NCBI GenBank assembly: GCA_049517415.1
Contig: JBEKSC010000012.1
Coordinates: forward strand, 14,107 to 78,106
Reading direction: 5' to 3'
Source of the DNA: Candidatus Bathyarchaeia archaeon
GTDB lineage: Archaea > Thermoproteota > Bathyarchaeia > 40CM-2-53-6
Length of the DNA stretch: 64,000 bases
A model generated the notes under the pieces. The model saw only the letters and a list, made by a program, of their open reading frames with translations. It did no database searches and had not been told where the DNA came from. Below, piece by piece: positions 39,021-49,915 of the stretch; position 1 is the first letter of the stretch; each line of letters opens with the position of its first letter. Both the position numbers and the translations under genes were made by a program.

Positions 39021-39341
39021 TTGTCGACCGACATTAAAGAACTTCAAGACCTAATCGCTAGAGAGAAAAATGCTGAGGAAGAAGTCAGAAAAGCCAAAGA
39101 AGAAGCACAGGCCACTCTGAAACAGGCCCGCGAGAAAGCAGAAGTGGCCTTAGGAGCAATTGATTCCGATCCCGCTTGGGAAAAACTGAAGCAAGCAAGA
39201 AACGATGAGATTGCACGCAAGAAGGCGGAGATACAAGAAGAGTACAAGCGAAAGAGCTCTTCCCTAGAGAAGGTCGCACAGCAGAACCTCGAGAAAGCCA
39301 TTGCACGCCTATTTGAGGAGACATTGAGAGGAAAACTTTGA
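39021..39341 (+). CDS. atpH: A/V-type ATP synthase subunit G/H (peripheral stalk)
   Basis: Charged coiled coil E..AEE....AKEEA within the operon. Confidence 0.75.
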   Translation: MSTDIKELQDLIAREKNAEEEVRKAKEEAQATLKQAREKAEVALGAIDSDPAWEKLKQARNDEIARKKAEIQEEYKRKSSSLEKVAQQNLEKAIARLFEETLRGKL

Positions 39342-39976
39342 GCCTACAAGCACTGCAGTCCGAGATCGAGAGAAAAGCTCAGGAAGAAGCTTCCAGCATT
39401 CTTGAAGCCGCCCGAGCGGAAGCTGAGAAAATAGTTGCTGAAGCTAACGCAAAAGCTGCGAACCTTAGAGATGAAAGAACGAGGGCGTTACGTGGGAAAA
39501 TAGACGCCCAAGAGAAGGCGGAGCTAGCCGTCGCCAGAATGGACCGAAAGGGAGACCTTCTCCGAGTCAAATCCGGATGGACGAAACGAGTGTTCGAAGA
39601 GGTTGAGAAAAGAGTCACGAAAATGGCGGAGAATGGTGGACGGGAATACAATGAACTTCTTGCCAACCTCACTCTTGAAGGAATCAGCAAGATGAACGGA
39701 AGCAAATTCATTGTCGAAACGAGCTTGCGAGACAAGGAAGCGATTAGCAACCTTCTAGGTACTATCACGGAAAGAGCTAGCAAGGTCAAGAATGACAAGG
39801 TCACTCTTCACCTCGAGACGCTGCCGACAAGAACCTTAGGCGGCGTATTGGTTTCCACAGAAGACGGGGTTCAATACTTCAACAATACTTTGGAAGCGCG
39901 ACTAGCCGCCGCCTCGCGGAAGCTGGAGGGAACGATTGGCCAAATCCTTTTTGGACCTGGTGACGCGAATGAGTAA
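39338..39976 (+). CDS. atpE: A/V-type ATP synthase subunit E
   Basis: Coiled-coil N-terminus, GGVLV...DG....NNTLEARL. Confidence 0.9.
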   Translation: MSLQALQSEIERKAQEEASSILEAARAEAEKIVAEANAKAANLRDERTRALRGKIDAQEKAELAVARMDRKGDLLRVKSGWTKRVFEEVEKRVTKMAENGGREYNELLANLTLEGISKMNGSKFIVETSLRDKEAISNLLGTITERASKVKNDKVTLHLETLPTRTLGGVLVSTEDGVQYFNNTLEARLAAASRKLEGTIGQILFGPGDANE

Positions 39977-41801
39977 GTCAAGCAGGCTGGGCCAGATAAG
40001 GTGGATCAGTGGTGCCGTCATCATTGCAACCGGAATCTCTGACATTGAGATGGGCGAGATAGTTGAAGTGGGAAACGAACACTTAGCTGGAGAGGTCATA
40101 GGAGTTGGCGCCGGAGAATTCACGATTCAAGTCTACGAAGTGACGACCGGACTTCGCCCCGGAGAAATGGTGAATGCAACAGGTAAGCGACTTGTGGCAG
40201 AGCTTGGCCCAGGACTTCTTGACAGTATCCTCGATGGGATAGGAAGACCGCTGGAAACCATCAGGAAGCTGATGGGGCCCTTCATTGGCAGAGGCGTTCG
40301 GGTAAACACACTATCTAGGGAAAAGAAGTGGCACTTCAAACCCGAAGTGAAAACGGGGGACAAGATCGAGGGAGGAACTGTTCTTGGCCTTGTTCAGGAG
40401 ACGCCTGCGGTCGTTCATAGAATAATGCTTCCTCCGGGCAGTAAGGGCAAGGTGCTCTCGATAAATGAGGGCGACTACACGGTGGACGAACCGATTGGGC
40501 GACTTGAAACTCCCGATGGAGTCCAGATAGACCTTAGGTTAATGCAAGAGTGGCCCATTCGAATTCCGAGACCATTCAGGCCTGGCGAAAGAATCCCTCT
40601 GGAGGAACCGCTAGTGACGGGGCAGAGAGTGATAGACACGTTCTTCCCTCTTCCCAAAGGTGGAACGGCCAGCATCCCGGGAGGGTTTGGAACAGGAAAG
40701 ACCGTGATGTTGCATTCCCTTGCAAAATGGAGTGATTCCAAAGTCATCGTGTACATCGGATGCGGGGAGAGAGGAAATGAGATCTGCGAAGTACTCACAG
40801 ACTTTCCAGAACTGACCGATCCGAGGACCGGTAGGCCCCTCATGGAGAGAACGATACTCATCGCGAACACGAGTAACATGCCAGTTGCTGCTAGAGAGGC
40901 CAGCATATACCTAGGAGTAACCATGGCCGAGTACTACCGTGACCAAGGGTACGACGTCGCAATAATGGCCGACTCGACTTCTAGATGGGCTGAAGCTCTA
41001 CGTGAGATTTCGGGCCGATTGGAGGAGATGCCTGCCGAAGGCGGATACCCCGCATACCTCCCGGATAGAATAGCTGAGTTTTACGAGAGGGCGGGGAAGG
41101 TAGTAGCGCTGGGAGAACCAGCAAGAACGGGCTCAGTATCGATCATTGGAGCCGTTTCACCTCCTGGTGGAGATTTCAATGAACCAGTCACTATTCACAC
41201 ATTGAGATTCACTGGAGTATTCTGGGCTCTAGACCGCGATCTTGCTTACAGCAGACACTTTCCAGCCATACATTGGTTGAAGAGCTACAGCCTATACGTG
41301 GACAGGCTTTCGGGTGCTTGGGCCGAGAGCTTCAGTAACTACTCAGAGAAAATCGCGGCTTACTGGAAAGGAAAACTCAGTGGCAACTTCGAAGAATTGC
41401 GGACTAAAGCCCTCAGAATTCTAAGCGAATCCTCAGAGATCGAATCCATAGCAAGGATAATGGGCGAACGCGCCCTCCCCGACGACCAAAGACTAATGCT
41501 CCTCTCAGCCGAGCTGATAAAAGAAGCTTTTCTCAGGCAGTTCGCCTACCATGAGGTCGACGCCTTCTGCGATATGGAGAAACAACTAGCTTTGCTCCAG
41601 ATGCTCATAGACTTCTATGAAAGGTCCAGCATTCTCGTGCGGAACGGAGTTCCCGCCGAGAAAATAAAGGAACTACCCTACATTAAGAGAATGGAGAGAG
41701 CCAAAGAAGAAAAGAGCGGCGTGGAAGGAGTCGCCAAGCTCACAGCAGAAGTCCAAGACGCACTTGTCAAGATCGGGCGGGAGTATGACCTCGAAGCCTA
41801 G
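39969..41801 (+). CDS. atpA: A/V-type ATP synthase subunit A
   Basis: GGFGTGKT, GCGERGNE, NTSNMPVAAREAS, DSTSRWAEALRE. Confidence 0.97.
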   Translation: MSKSSRLGQIRWISGAVIIATGISDIEMGEIVEVGNEHLAGEVIGVGAGEFTIQVYEVTTGLRPGEMVNATGKRLVAELGPGLLDSILDGIGRPLETIRKLMGPFIGRGVRVNTLSREKKWHFKPEVKTGDKIEGGTVLGLVQETPAVVHRIMLPPGSKGKVLSINEGDYTVDEPIGRLETPDGVQIDLRLMQEWPIRIPRPFRPGERIPLEEPLVTGQRVIDTFFPLPKGGTASIPGGFGTGKTVMLHSLAKWSDSKVIVYIGCGERGNEICEVLTDFPELTDPRTGRPLMERTILIANTSNMPVAAREASIYLGVTMAEYYRDQGYDVAIMADSTSRWAEALREISGRLEEMPAEGGYPAYLPDRIAEFYERAGKVVALGEPARTGSVSIIGAVSPPGGDFNEPVTIHTLRFTGVFWALDRDLAYSRHFPAIHWLKSYSLYVDRLSGAWAESFSNYSEKIAAYWKGKLSGNFEELRTKALRILSESSEIESIARIMGERALPDDQRLMLLSAELIKEAFLRQFAYHEVDAFCDMEKQLALLQMLIDFYERSSILVRNGVPAEKIKELPYIKRMERAKEEKSGVEGVAKLTAEVQDALVKIGREYDLEA

Positions 41802-41807
41802 GAGCTT

Positions 41808-43232
41808 GTGGGAACGATGCTAGGAAAAACGTATGGATTAATCCACAAGGGGCTGAGCGAAATCAAAGGCTCCCTCGTAATGGTTGACAATGTGGAGAAC
41901 GTCGGTTATGATGAGTTGGTCAAGGTTCGTGCCCCCGACGGAATCGATAGAATGGGCAGAGTCCTGGAGGTTGGAAGGGGCAAAGCCGTTATCCAAGTCT
42001 TCGGCGGAGTGATGGGACTCGAATCCAACTCAATCCTGAGTTTTTCGGGCTCGGCTTTCAAGATACCTCTGTCCAACGAACTTCTGGGAAGAGTATTCAA
42101 CGGAGTATTCGAACCAGTGGACCGCCTACCTACAATCGTCTCTGACGAATCCCGGGACATTAATGGAGCTCCAATTAATCCCAAAGCTCGAGTGTACCCG
42201 AACAACTTCATCCAAACCGGAATCTCGGCCATCGATGGGATGCTCTCCCTAGTGAGAGGCCAGAAACTCCCAATCTTCTCGGAGAGCGGCTTACCACACA
42301 ACAAACTGATCGCGCAAATCTCTCGACAAGCAACCGTCCTCGGGGAAAAAGAAGAGTTTGCGCTCGTGTTCGCAGCAATGGGCCTGCGCCATGACGAAGC
42401 AGAATATTTCATAGATGAATTCAGAACCTCTGGGGCGCTGGAACGATCCGTGGTCGTTCTAAACCTAGCAGATGACCCAGCAATCGAAAGGCTATTCACT
42501 CCCCGAATAGCGTTGACTGTTGCGGAGTACATGGCTTATGACCTTGGTATGCACGTTCTGGTAATCCTAAGCGATATGACGAACTACGCGGAGGTCCTTC
42601 GGGAATTGAGCGCTGCGAGGGAAGAGGTCCCGAGTCGAAAAGGGTACCCGGGATACCTTTACAGTGATTTAGCATCCATATACGAGAGAGCAGGAGTTAT
42701 CGAAGGCTCACGCGGCTCCTTGACCCAGATGCCCATATTGACAATGCCCGGGGGAGACCTTCAACATCCGATCCCTGACTTGACCGGATACATAACGGAA
42801 GGCCAAATTTTCCTGGACCGAGAACTATTCATGAGGGGAATTTATCCACCGATCAACGTCCTACCATGCCTAAGTAGACTGATGCGGAAGGGCATAGGGA
42901 AAGGTAAGACGAGAGAGGATCACGGGGATGTGGCCGACCAACTGTACGGGGCCTACGCAAGGGGAAGACAGGCTCGCGACCTTGCGAGAATAGTTGGCAA
43001 CGTCGGTTTGAGTGAAGAAGAGCGACTTTATCTTAAATTCGCTGACGATTTCGAGTCACGGCTGGTAAGACAAGGCGAATTCGAGAATAGGACGATAGAA
43101 CAAACCCTTGGCATAGCTTGGTCACTCCTAGGGATACTACCAGAAAATGCCCTGACCAGAATTCATGAAGAATACATTCAGAAGTATCACCCCAAACACG
43201 TAGCAAACGAAGAACAGGCGCCTAAGTCATAA
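41808..43232 (+). CDS. atpB: A/V-type ATP synthase subunit B
   Basis: [44 protein letters not shown]. Confidence 0.97.
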   Translation: MGTMLGKTYGLIHKGLSEIKGSLVMVDNVENVGYDELVKVRAPDGIDRMGRVLEVGRGKAVIQVFGGVMGLESNSILSFSGSAFKIPLSNELLGRVFNGVFEPVDRLPTIVSDESRDINGAPINPKARVYPNNFIQTGISAIDGMLSLVRGQKLPIFSESGLPHNKLIAQISRQATVLGEKEEFALVFAAMGLRHDEAEYFIDEFRTSGALERSVVVLNLADDPAIERLFTPRIALTVAEYMAYDLGMHVLVILSDMTNYAEVLRELSAAREEVPSRKGYPGYLYSDLASIYERAGVIEGSRGSLTQMPILTMPGGDLQHPIPDLTGYITEGQIFLDRELFMRGIYPPINVLPCLSRLMRKGIGKGKTREDHGDVADQLYGAYARGRQARDLARIVGNVGLSEEERLYLKFADDFESRLVRQGEFENRTIEQTLGIAWSLLGILPENALTRIHEEYIQKYHPKHVANEEQAPKS

Positions 43233-43840
43233 TGAGCCTTGGAAGAGTCGCCGTTACAAGAGGAGTTCTACTCAGACTACGCGAGCAACTAGACTTCACA
43301 AAACGCGGCAAAGAACTTCTCGAGATGAAACGAGACAACTTAGCGGCGGAGACCAATAGACTCCTAGCCAAAATCAAGGTTCGACATGAGTTTGAACAAC
43401 GACTCATGGAAGCTTATGGTTCATTGAGAACAGCCTACATGACGCTCGGTTACTCGCAGCTTCAATCGCAAGCCTTCACCGTCAAACCTCTAGAGGCCAA
43501 AGTAAGACTACGCAGCGTTATGGGCGTCTTGGTGCCTGAGATTGTGCAGGGACAGAAGCCAGAAATTAATTCAATCACAGACCCTTCAGCCTACGCCGCC
43601 GCAGAGCAACTGACAAGCTCAATGGGGCAATTGCTAAGCATAGCCGAAGCCGAAGCAAGGATAGAAAGCATCGCCCAAGAACTCATGTTAACGAACCGCA
43701 AAGTAAACGCCCTAGAAAGAGTCATCTTACCGAACATAGTTGAAACCCTACGATACATTGAGGGCAGACTTGAAGAGGAAACACTCGAAGAATTCTTCAG
43801 AGCCAAGCGCGTAAAAGCGTTAATCAGAGGAACAAAATAG
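43232..43840 (+). CDS. atpD: A/V-type ATP synthase subunit D
   Basis: RG..LL..KRD, T.RKVNALE.V.LP. Confidence 0.93.
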   Translation: MSLGRVAVTRGVLLRLREQLDFTKRGKELLEMKRDNLAAETNRLLAKIKVRHEFEQRLMEAYGSLRTAYMTLGYSQLQSQAFTVKPLEAKVRLRSVMGVLVPEIVQGQKPEINSITDPSAYAAAEQLTSSMGQLLSIAEAEARIESIAQELMLTNRKVNALERVILPNIVETLRYIEGRLEEETLEEFFRAKRVKALIRGTK

Positions 43841-44872
43841 ATGAGACGAGGAGCGAGCGTTTACCTCGTCACCCGAACACATGGGTTGCGAACCCACCTC
43901 ATAACCCCGCGTGACATGCAAATTCTAGCCAAGGCAAAAACCCTGAGAGACGTCTCCGACAACTTGCTCAAGACAGAGTACGCGGTTGAGATTGGTCAAC
44001 TGCCCACGCAAGAACAGGACGCAACAACATTAGAAAACATCATTCTCAAAAAACTCGTGGAGAGGTTCTTTTTCGTACGTCGTTCCGCCCAAGGGAAGAT
44101 GCAGGATCTGCTCACCAGATACTCCGCTAGATTCGAAGTAGAGAACATAAAGAGAATAATCAGGGCGAAACACGGCGGCCAAAACGCGGAAGAACAAGCC
44201 CTCATTCCTCTGCAAAGAGAGTATACCCTCGTGAACTTTCCTGCGCTCCTCAAAGCGAAAGACGTGGACGAAGTGGCATCCCTTCTCAGGGATACCCAGT
44301 ATCGCCCAATTCTCGAGAAGCTTCAAGCATACGACGAGAGCGGAACAACCATGATCCTTGAAGCAGCTCTCGATAAGATCTACTTCAGCAAAGTCTGGGG
44401 GCTGGCAGGAAAAATGCAGGGAGCCCGGGATCTAATTGGAGAAGAAATAGACCTGAGAAACTTGCTCACTGTGTTTTCCTTAAAGACGAGAGAAGCTTCT
44501 GCAAAGCTCATAGAAGAATCCACAATCCCGGTATCCTATGCCCTTCCGAAGGCAACGCTGCGAGCCTTGCTCCAAAGCCAACTACAGGAGGCCCCGAACC
44601 TGCTGACTACGGGCTATTCTAAACTCGCCTCAGAAGCCGCAAACTTGCTCAAGAAGGGTTCATCATTGCTCCTCGAACGAGTTTTCTTCAAGCAGCTCTA
44701 CGGCGACGCTTCAACAGTTTTGACAACGGACCCGCTTCAGGTTGGATACATAATCGCGTACCTTCTGCTGTGTGAGTGTGAGGCGAAGAACCTGATTTCA
44801 ATCGTAACAGGCAAACAATTGAACTTGGGTGAGGAAGTTATCTTGAACGATTTGTTCGGAGTTCAGGACTAA
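43841..44872 (+). CDS. atpC: A/V-type ATP synthase subunit C/d
   Basis: NIK.IIRAK, LE.ALDK.Y, EID..NL, E..NL..I..GK. Confidence 0.88.
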   Translation: MRRGASVYLVTRTHGLRTHLITPRDMQILAKAKTLRDVSDNLLKTEYAVEIGQLPTQEQDATTLENIILKKLVERFFFVRRSAQGKMQDLLTRYSARFEVENIKRIIRAKHGGQNAEEQALIPLQREYTLVNFPALLKAKDVDEVASLLRDTQYRPILEKLQAYDESGTTMILEAALDKIYFSKVWGLAGKMQGARDLIGEEIDLRNLLTVFSLKTREASAKLIEESTIPVSYALPKATLRALLQSQLQEAPNLLTTGYSKLASEAANLLKKGSSLLLERVFFKQLYGDASTVLTTDPLQVGYIIAYLLLCECEAKNLISIVTGKQLNLGEEVILNDLFGVQD

Positions 44873-44887
44873 ACGCTACTAACTTAA

Positions 44888-45244
44888 CTAGTGTCTACCT
44901 AGAATTAGGATAGCAACGACTAACCCGTAGATAGCAATCCCTTCACCTAAGCCAGCAAAAACAAGAACCCAAGTTGTGAGCTCAGGCCTTTCGACCATAG
45001 CTGCCAGCCCGGCTGAAGTAGACCCATAAATAGCTAAGCCTGCACCAATCCCGCAGAGACCAACTGCCAAGCCAGCGCCTAGTATGTCGTAACTCCCCGT
45101 CGTTTGTGGTGTGGTTGTTTGCTGAGCAAATGTGGTTGCGACAGAAAATGTGAACAAGAACAGGGCCACGAGAAACGGAGACAGTAGTAACAGATTTCTC
45201 TTCCAGTGCGAACTTCTTTGAGGGTTCAACAAGACCGTGGCCAT
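44888..45244 (-). CDS. atpK: A/V-type ATP synthase proteolipid K/c
   Basis: GAGLAVGL...ERPE...GLGEGIAIYG; signal-like N-terminal extension. Confidence 0.92.
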   Translation of the reverse strand: MATVLLNPQRSSHWKRNLLLLSPFLVALFLFTFSVATTFAQQTTTPQTTGSYDILGAGLAVGLCGIGAGLAIYGSTSAGLAAMVERPELTTWVLVFAGLGEGIAIYGLVVAILILGRH

Positions 45245-45259
45245 TGGCGTTGGGACTCA

Positions 45260-47260
45260 TTATTTAACGGTTCCGAGGATTTTCGGGAGCGAGAACGGAC
45301 GATATGGGACTCCGTTCCCAGAATAAAACTTGGTGAAGAATTCGTAGTATGTCAACCTCATGCATTGTATGAAAACCCCAAGCGCCTCGATCGTCATTCC
45401 TAGGAAATTCATTACAAGAAAGCCGGGTATGACACCGATTGTCGTTGCCATTATGACCGCTGATATGCCGAGAGCTGCATGAGCTATCGCGAACGCGGCC
45501 AACCGCACGTAAGAAATCGAATTGGTCAAGTATGAGAGGAACGTCTCGATGAACTCCGAGGCGCCCTTCATTATACCTTCACCGAATTTGAACTCGTGTT
45601 TCATAACGCCCTCGATTGTTGGGGAGAGGAAGACAATTAGGAGGCAGGTGAGTGCAAGAGTCGTAAGCCATAGGTTTTCAGCGAAAACTGCTAATGACAT
45701 GCTCGTTGCGTACTTTACAGCTAGCGCCACGCCACTTACGTAGTAAACGAGCTTAACCCCTCCGAAGGCGGCTTCGGTCATTGCCCTTGCCCTAACCAGG
45801 TTCACAATTTTGAGAACCAGTCCTAAGGATAATTGTACGACCCCGAACAAAAGTGCCACTATGATCATGGTGGCCTGGCCCTGGATTGGATTTACGAAGA
45901 TGGGGTGGAAAGCCTCGGATAAGAAGAATTCACCGTAAAGTGACCCGAAGAACATAGCGGATATGCCACATGTCGCTAGGATACCTCCCAACTTCCTCAT
46001 TGCTCCGGCAGGAATTCCCAAGAAGCTCCGTTGAAGTCGGCTGAAGACCAAGCCCAATACCAGAAGCAGGGCACCTTGCCCGATGTCCCCGAACATCATT
46101 CCGTACATGATCGTAAACAGAACGGTGACTATCAGAGTGGGGTCAATTTCATTGTATGCAGGAGTTCCCCTTAATTTCGTAAACAGTTCAAAAGACCCTG
46201 CGATCCCCCTATTGCTAATTCGAACAGGGGGCTTGTCGCCAGGTGCTGGGTCACTGAATCTAAGAACGGCGGCGCCATTCGATGACGCTTCAACTGTCTC
46301 ACTAAGGGGGGCTTCCTGTTCCGCGGGAACCCAGCCATGAACCAAGCTTAGCGTCTCGGTTCGCCCGAAAGCCGACCTGGCGCCCTCTATGGCCAGGGCC
46401 CTACGGACCACTGGTTCGAACCCCGCCGCCTTGCTCTGAAACTCTTCACAAATATTTCTCACATTTTTCTCAACATCACCAATCTCCCGCTGGAGCTTGA
46501 CGATAGATGCTCGATTCTGATCTAGGGCCTCTACAGGATCGGGTGATACTCCTTTGGGGATGGTTAATTCCGCAAAGTTGAGTCGTGTTAGAGTCTCTTC
46601 CATGTACTGCTTGTCACGGTTGAGGCCTAGAAGAAAAACAAAATCTTCCTCGCGTTTGTCAGGCCATTTCGCAAATTTCACTTCGGTTCCTTCGACATAT
46701 TTCTCGAGTTTCTCTGAAAATGCTCTATTTATGAAACCGGCTTTAACGAAGATGTTTTCGAAGCCCCCGAGTGCGTCTGCCCTGAGGTCGTGTTTCTTGA
46801 GAATCAGGAGGGTCTCGTCTAGGGTTTTGAGTTCTTTTAGGTTGGAGCGCAGCGCCTCTAATTTTCCGACCGAGGTGTCTAGCTTCGTTTCTGTCTCGAG
46901 AACTCGTGATTCAATCTGCTCTAAGCTAGCGTTTGGAGAGTCGGTTGCTTTCTGTATGGGTTTAGCGGCGCTTTTCTTCAGGAAGCGCAAGACGTTTTTC
47001 TTCGTAACTTTCTCAGGCGGGAGGGTTGTTATGATGGAACCGATCCTCTGTTGAAGTTTCACATACTTCTCACATTTCTCAACGGTGTCAACTCTCTTGA
47101 AGCCGTTGATCGTATAATCCGTGATTAACTGGACTGTCCCGAGTCCGCCGAGGGTTTCGATTACCTGGTCCTCATACCTCGTAGGCAGGGCCAAGTAGAA
47201 TCGTTTCATCGGTGTGCTCTTTAGCAAACCGAACGAGCCTCTTCTGGAAACCCCGCGCAA
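45260..47260 (-). CDS. atpI: A/V-type ATP synthase subunit I/a
   Basis: P.YNEIDPT, MMFGD.GQG, N.ISY.RL.AF...H, RL.YYEFF.KFY.G.G; start may be 47209. Confidence 0.95.
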   Translation of the reverse strand: MRGVSRRGSFGLLKSTPMKRFYLALPTRYEDQVIETLGGLGTVQLITDYTINGFKRVDTVEKCEKYVKLQQRIGSIITTLPPEKVTKKNVLRFLKKSAAKPIQKATDSPNASLEQIESRVLETETKLDTSVGKLEALRSNLKELKTLDETLLILKKHDLRADALGGFENIFVKAGFINRAFSEKLEKYVEGTEVKFAKWPDKREEDFVFLLGLNRDKQYMEETLTRLNFAELTIPKGVSPDPVEALDQNRASIVKLQREIGDVEKNVRNICEEFQSKAAGFEPVVRRALAIEGARSAFGRTETLSLVHGWVPAEQEAPLSETVEASSNGAAVLRFSDPAPGDKPPVRISNRGIAGSFELFTKLRGTPAYNEIDPTLIVTVLFTIMYGMMFGDIGQGALLLVLGLVFSRLQRSFLGIPAGAMRKLGGILATCGISAMFFGSLYGEFFLSEAFHPIFVNPIQGQATMIIVALLFGVVQLSLGLVLKIVNLVRARAMTEAAFGGVKLVYYVSGVALAVKYATSMSLAVFAENLWLTTLALTCLLIVFLSPTIEGVMKHEFKFGEGIMKGASEFIETFLSYLTNSISYVRLAAFAIAHAALGISAVIMATTIGVIPGFLVMNFLGMTIEALGVFIQCMRLTYYEFFTKFYSGNGVPYRPFSLPKILGTVK

Positions 47261-47401
47261 ACGGGGCTTCCCCCAGCATTATAATGCTTGTCCAAGAAAA
47301 CCGAATGGAAATACTACTCCCACCAGAACGACCAAGCTACCTAGCCCTTTCCACGAATCCGGTGGGAAGCTCCTGGAACGCTTACGCTGAGAGTCTGCGG
47401 C

Positions 47402-48223
47402 TTAAATTAGCAATCTATGAACGATCAACCCTATGCTGAGGAGGTCAACGGCAACTACGATTAGTTTCAAGGACTTCTCAGGGCTGGCGATAAGTTCCGG
47501 CGCTTTCAGATCCTGTTTGGTTCTGTCTGCGAACTGCAATTCGAGAGTAGGGCTCTTTCGCCTGAAATCCTTGCACCACCGTGAGAGGATAATTTCTATC
47601 GCGGCTGTTGCGGCCATCGCTAAGGCAACTAGGACGGCGGAGAGCGTTATGGTTAGAGCGTTCACGTAGAAGCTAATTAAAACAGGCAGAGCCGCCCATG
47701 AGAAGGCGAATGAGGCTGTGCTGTGGAATCGTCCCTTCGCAATGTCCGAGTTATAGGCAATCAAGAAAAGAGTTTCCATGGAAATGAAAACCAAGAGTAT
47801 CAGAGGGGCAATCAGGGAGCGGGACGCGTCGTATAGTATGAGCATGCCGTATGACCCAATCGAGACCGCGGCTACCAATGGCACAAGGAATAAGACTTCC
47901 AATTCGTGGCGAGTCAAGTTTTCACCCCAATGCCTCGCATGAAGTTCATTCAAGGCGTGAGCCGAAAGCCCCAGCCCCAAGAAGTAGGCTAACAGCGTGA
48001 GTATTAGTCGGGACGGGTGTACCGAGGGCGAAACGGCAGCGCCGATCAAAACGTAAGCGAGAACCATCGACGTGTATGGCAAATGCATTATGGTATACAG
48101 TTCGCGAAGCTTACCGCCGCTCCTAGCGTACCACGCTCCCTCATACAATGCGCCTCTTCGCTCCACAGTTGCTACTAGTTGGTTAAGCGGATAAATAGAC
48201 AATCGCTCAAAGAAAAGATCCAA
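47402..48223 (-). CDS. UbiA-like membrane protein
   Basis: H.PYT, AHALNEL, AYN, FH...FA..W; Asp-rich motif degenerate; start uncertain. Confidence 0.55.
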   Translation of the reverse strand: MDLFFERLSIYPLNQLVATVERRGALYEGAWYARSGGKLRELYTIMHLPYTSMVLAYVLIGAAVSPSVHPSRLILTLLAYFLGLGLSAHALNELHARHWGENLTRHELEVLFLVPLVAAVSIGSYGMLILYDASRSLIAPLILLVFISMETLFLIAYNSDIAKGRFHSTASFAFSWAALPVLISFYVNALTITLSAVLVALAMAATAAIEIILSRWCKDFRRKSPTLELQFADRTKQDLKAPELIASPEKSLKLIVVAVDLLSIGLIVHRLLI

Positions 48224-48310
48224 ATGACATTTTCCTTGCTAAATGCCAACGACCATCCAGAACTTCAAGAAGGACCGCGCTAAGTATGGGTCTGATGACG
48301 CGGTTCCATG

Positions 48311-49606
48311 TCATCTAGCGCTCGGAGACATTGGCTTGACCCTCCTAATTACCGACAGCCTCAAACTGCGAATGATTATGCCTGCGAGAAGAATCACAAG
48401 TCCGATGCCTATTTCTTGAGGGACGAGAGCCAAGGCTAAACCAAGACAGCCGAACAGACCCGCCCCCGCGAGCAAACGCGGAAATGTTCGCTGCTGACTT
48501 CGCAGCCTTAGCGCGGATAGGTTGGTCACACTGTAATACAGCAATGTCCCGAAGCTAGACACCGCGACTGCAACCTCGAACGGAGCGAAGGCAGCAACCA
48601 GCATCGCAATAACACCCACGAATACAACGCTCCGCCAAGGATTTTGCCCCCGGCCGAGATGAGCTAGGCTTCGTGGCAAATCAGCTTCACGTCCCATGGC
48701 AAAAGCCACACGCGAGACGCCAAGCAGATCTGAGAGACCTTCATTGAACGTGGTCAATAGCGCGCCCGCAATCACTATAGCAACTCCAACCCCGCTGCCA
48801 ACTGCGGTCAAAGTTGCTTCCAGAGGCGACAACGACCGCGATAACCGCGCCGCACCTAACACACCTAGAGCCGTAGTAGCAACCAAAAGATACAGAATCA
48901 TAGCGCTTCCCAACGCCAGCACCGTCGCGCGAGGTATAGTGCGCTTAGGGTTACGCACCTCCTCCACTAGAGTGGCAATGCGACTGTAACCTGTATATGC
49001 AAAGAAGAGCAGCCCGGTCGCCTGCAGAATGCCTACCACTCCGTTTGGCGCAAAGGGCGTGAAGTTAACCGCTTGTGCCCCAGGGAGACCGATCACGAAT
49101 ACCGCCAGCAAGGAGAGAACTGACATGATTACTACCACATCTGTTACGTGCACGGACCGCCGAATCCCAACCGCATTCAGCATGGTCATAACCAATGCTG
49201 CCACGACCGCGGCAGTCCGCGCTGGAATTGCAACCCATACGGCGTGAAAGTAATATCCGAAGGCCAGCGCGATCACGCCGGGGCCAACAGTGTTAGCTGT
49301 TAGGAACATCCAGCCCGCACAAAATCCCCACCAAGGACCTAGCATTCGACGCCCGAACTCATAGGTACCACCAGAACGTGGGAAAATAGCTGCCAGCTGG
49401 GCTGAGGAAAGTGCGTTACAGAACGCAACGAACGCTGCGATGATCAGAGAAATGAGTAGAGCAGGTCCAGCGATTGCTGCAGCAGGTGCGATCACTGCGA
49501 AGATACCTGCACCTAGAATCGCGGCAAGGCCCGTAGAGACTGCATCGAACATTCCCAGTTGTGGTCGTAACGTGATGTCCCGTGGTTGGGCCGTCATGTT
49601 CGTCAC
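48311..49606 (-). CDS. APC-family amino acid permease
   Basis: ILGAGIF, PRSGGTY, FFAYTGY, EEVRNPKRTIP. Confidence 0.92.
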   Translation of the reverse strand: MTNMTAQPRDITLRPQLGMFDAVSTGLAAILGAGIFAVIAPAAAIAGPALLISLIIAAFVAFCNALSSAQLAAIFPRSGGTYEFGRRMLGPWWGFCAGWMFLTANTVGPGVIALAFGYYFHAVWVAIPARTAAVVAALVMTMLNAVGIRRSVHVTDVVVIMSVLSLLAVFVIGLPGAQAVNFTPFAPNGVVGILQATGLLFFAYTGYSRIATLVEEVRNPKRTIPRATVLALGSAMILYLLVATTALGVLGAARLSRSLSPLEATLTAVGSGVGVAIVIAGALLTTFNEGLSDLLGVSRVAFAMGREADLPRSLAHLGRGQNPWRSVVFVGVIAMLVAAFAPFEVAVAVSSFGTLLYYSVTNLSALRLRSQQRTFPRLLAGAGLFGCLGLALALVPQEIGIGLVILLAGIIIRSLRLSVIRRVKPMSPSAR

Positions 49607-49779
49607 TCATCCCAGAAAACGGGTGACGCTTAATCTTTTCTCGGCACCTTTGAATGAGGCGCGTAGTTTGAACGGTCATGGTGTGGTAGTGGGGTGGCAC
49701 AGAATAGCCATGTGGGTTTAGTGCGGAGGGATTGGTTCGTACACGCGAAATTGGAATCCTATCCGATAACCGTTGATCT

Positions 49780-49915
49780 ACGTTTATCCCATTATCCAGT
49801 GTGGCTTGTATGGTTCATCAGTCGCTTTACGTCATCATTACTGAGCTTAAGCTCGATTTCATTCACGGCGTCCTCAACGTGTTCTACTTTTGTTGCTCCT
49901 ATGATTGGGGCCGTT
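49780..49915 (-). pseudogene. Aldo/keto reductase C-terminal remnant
   Basis: TAPIIGATKVEHVEDAV...LS.DDVKRL, then frameshifted DEPYKPHW; catalytic N-terminal part absent. Confidence 0.7.

Noticed and set aside
40133..47054. Long antisense ORFs within the ATPase genes
   Set aside because: Shadow frames of well-supported genes.
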